A DNA stretch of 64,000 bases from an uncultured Chloroflexia bacterium (GTDB lineage Bacteria > Chloroflexota > Limnocylindria > Limnocylindrales > CSP1-4). Below are positions 61,586-64,000 of the stretch, in pieces. The DNA lies in contig CAWIFB010000056.1 of the NCBI GenBank assembly GCA_963835335.1, positions 56,635 through 120,634 of the forward strand, written 5' to 3'. The translations under genes and the position numbers were made by a program. Under the pieces are notes generated by a model. The model had not been told where the DNA came from. It saw nothing but the letters and a program-made list of their open reading frames with translations, and did no database searches. Numbering within the stretch: position 1 is the stretch's first letter; every line of letters begins with the position of its first letter.

Positions 61586-63502
61586 ATGAGCGGCGAGCCG
61601 CTGCCGTCACGCATCCTGATCCCGGTCGCGAACCCGCTGACCGCCGAGGAGCTGATCCGGATCGGGGCCACCCTGCTGGATCCGCGCACCGGCGAGCTGG
61701 CCGCGCTCGGGATCGTCGAGGTGCCCGAGGGCATGCCGCTGAGCGAGGGGGCGACCCGGGCCCGCCAGGCGCGCCGGCTGCTCCAGAAGGTGCTCGACTA
61801 CGTCCCCGAGGGCACCACGATCCACCCGCTGGTCCGGATCGGCCGGCACGCGGCCGCCGGCATCGTCGAAGCGGCCGCCGAGCAGGAGGCGGACCTGCTG
61901 ATCTTCGGCTGGGGCGGCAAGTCCGGGCCGCGCCGCGATCCCGGGGCATCCGTCATCTCGCCCACGATCGACGAGGTCGTGCGCGAATCGCCGTGCGACA
62001 TCGCCGTCGTCAAGCAGCGCGGCGCGCGCGATATCCGGCGGATCCTCGTCCCCGTTCGCGGCGGTCCGCACGCGGAGCTCGCGATGCGGTTTGCCAACGC
62101 CCTTGCCCACCGGCTGGGCGCCACCGTCGTCGTGATGCATGTCGTGCCCGCGGGCGTCACCGAGGCGGTCCGCGCCCAGGCGGAGCACGCGCTTGCCGCG
62201 TTCGTCCGCCAGCACCTGACGGCGCGCTCGGAGCCGATCCTGCGCGAGACCCAGAACGTCCGGACGGCGATCCTGCGCGAGGCCGAGCGCGCCGACCTCG
62301 TGGTGATGGGCGCCTCGGCGCCGCCCGGCGATGCGGGGAGCTCGCTGTTCGGCGCGCTGCCGGAGGCGATCGCCCAACGCGCCAAGCCGACCGTGATCGT
62401 CGTCAAGACCCGCGAGCCGATCGGCCGCCAGACGTTCGAGCAGCTTGCGCAGCGCGCGGAGACGCTGGCCGCCGCCGATCGTGCGGCCGAGGAGTCGCGG
62501 GCCATCCCGGCCCGGGTCGAGCGGTGGTTCGCCGAGGCGAACTTCCACCACTCGGAGTTCGCCGACCTGGCGCGGATGACCGCGCTCAAGGACAAGCTCG
62601 GGGTCACCGTCAGCCTCGTGCTGCCGACGCTCAACGAGGCCGACACGATCGGGCCGATCGTGCGCCGCGCCGTCCGCGAGATGCAGGAGCGGTTCAGGCT
62701 CGTGGACGAGCTGCTCGTCATCGACTCCGCGTCCACCGACGACACCCGCGCGATCGCGGAGGCCGAGGGTGCGCGCGTGGTCCAGCACCCCGACGTGCTG
62801 AGCCGGTACGGCTCGTACCAGGGCAAGGGCGAGGCGCTGTGGAAGTCGCTGTACGAGACCTCGGGCGACATCGTGGTGTGGGCGGACACCGACGTCCGGA
62901 ACTGGCATCACCGGATGGTCTACGGCACCCTCGGACCGCTGCTCGTCGAGCCGCGCCTCCAGTACGTGAAGGGCTACTACCAGCGCCCGATCGTCGAGGG
63001 TGGCGTGCTCAAGGAGGGGGGCGGCGGCCGGGTCACCGAGCTCGTCGCGCGGCCGTTGATCAACCTGTTCTTCCCCGAGCTGTCGGGCATGATCCAGCCG
63101 CTGAGCGGCGAGTACGCCGGCCGCCGCTCGCTGCTCGAGCAGCTGCCGTTCTTCACGGGCTACGCGGTGGAGATCGGCCACCTGATCGATGCCGCGGAGC
63201 GAGCCGGCATCGAGGGCCTGGGCCAGGTCGACCTCGAGCGCCGGGTGCACCGGAACCAGGAGCTGGAGGGGCTGTCGCGGATGTCGTTCGTCATCCTCCA
63301 GGCCGTCATGAAGCGGCTCGAGGAGCGGCGGCGCGCGCGGCTGTTCGCGGAGCTCGGCTCGACGATGAAGCTGCCGCGCTCCGGCCGCGGACGGCTCTCG
63401 CTGGAGGTCATCGAGCTCGCCGATCACGAGCGGCCGCCGATGATCCGGATCCCCGAATACCTCGACAAGCGGCACCCCGCAGCCGGCGAGAACGGGTCCT
63501 GA
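61586..63502 (+). CDS. gpgS: Tandem universal stress protein domains fused to glucosyl-3-phosphoglycerate synthase
   Basis: RILIPVANP and RILVPVRGGPH (USP x2); LPTLNE, GKGEALWKS, GGGRVTELVARP, QPLSGEYA, GYAVE, HRNQ. Confidence 0.88.
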   Translation: MSGEPLPSRILIPVANPLTAEELIRIGATLLDPRTGELAALGIVEVPEGMPLSEGATRARQARRLLQKVLDYVPEGTTIHPLVRIGRHAAAGIVEAAAEQEADLLIFGWGGKSGPRRDPGASVISPTIDEVVRESPCDIAVVKQRGARDIRRILVPVRGGPHAELAMRFANALAHRLGATVVVMHVVPAGVTEAVRAQAEHALAAFVRQHLTARSEPILRETQNVRTAILREAERADLVVMGASAPPGDAGSSLFGALPEAIAQRAKPTVIVVKTREPIGRQTFEQLAQRAETLAAADRAAEESRAIPARVERWFAEANFHHSEFADLARMTALKDKLGVTVSLVLPTLNEADTIGPIVRRAVREMQERFRLVDELLVIDSASTDDTRAIAEAEGARVVQHPDVLSRYGSYQGKGEALWKSLYETSGDIVVWADTDVRNWHHRMVYGTLGPLLVEPRLQYVKGYYQRPIVEGGVLKEGGGGRVTELVARPLINLFFPELSGMIQPLSGEYAGRRSLLEQLPFFTGYAVEIGHLIDAAERAGIEGLGQVDLERRVHRNQELEGLSRMSFVILQAVMKRLEERRRARLFAELGSTMKLPRSGRGRLSLEVIELADHERPPMIRIPEYLDKRHPAAGENGS

Positions 63503-63535
63503 CGTGGACGCGCCTCGTTCGCTCACGGGTGGCCG

Positions 63536-64000
63536 GTGACGTCACCGGACCGGTCGCTCCACGTCCTCGTCGCCCCCGACTCGTTCAAGGGCTCGTTGAC
63601 GAGCGTCGAGGTCGCGCAGCGCGGTCGCCGGCGGCTGGCGGCGCGCCCGGCCGGATGACGACGTCCGGCTGGCCCCGCTCGCGGATGGCGGCGAGGGCAC
63701 GCTGGTCGCGATCGAGGCGTCCGGGGGATGGGCGTGGCGCGAGGCGGCCGCGATCGATCCGCTGGAGCGCCCGATCCGCGCCCGATGGCTCGTGCGCGAC
63801 GACCAGACGGTCGCGTTCGTCGAGATGGCCACGGCCTCCGGCCTGTCGCTGGTCGCCCCGGAGGCACGCGACGCCGCGCGCGCCACGAGCCATGGGACGG
63901 GCGACGTGCTGCGCGCCGTGCTCGACGCGGGGATCCGCGACATCGCGCTGGGGATCGGCGGCAGTGCGACCAGCGATGGCGGCGCGGGGATCCTGCGTGC
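63536..64000 (+). CDS. glxK: Glycerate kinase (GlxK/GarK class), truncated by the window edge, apparent indel near 63620
   Basis: VAPDSFKGSL in one frame; PLADGGEGT, EMATASGL, TSHGTG, GIGGSATSDGG in another. Confidence 0.88.

Overview
High-GC, gene-dense bacterial chromosome segment. The gene mix (DarA, Ycf45-like AAA-R3H, GuaB3, CWB2 surface protein, UPF0182) suggests a monoderm soil bacterium, tentatively Chloroflexota (inference only). About 55 CDSs; I recognised no rRNA, tRNA, CRISPR array, integrase or transposase. Core blocks: surface proteins/rml/mreBC, radC, UPF0182 operon, guaA/guaB3/ppk2, darA-proline dehydrogenase operon, tmk, tldD/pmbA, pdxST, cca, galE and a glucosylglycerate cluster. 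The most interesting locus is 34.5-44.4 kb. A SARP/BTAD-STAND regulator lies divergent from three tandem paralogous membrane proteins that each stop after what looks like the first part of a GAF domain. These are followed by a PP2C phosphatase/RsbW-like fusion that begins with the apparent remainder of a GAF domain, and two STAS proteins. This suggests a split-GAF, swappable-sensor partner-switching system, and a shared 19-bp motif precedes both transcription units. Also notable: three nucleotide-identical 303-bp CWB2 repeats, a twin 117-bp hairpin element with compensatory changes, many apparently leaderless genes, and five apparent indels in conserved genes that are probably sequencing errors. 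All product calls come from motif recognition by eye, not database searches.
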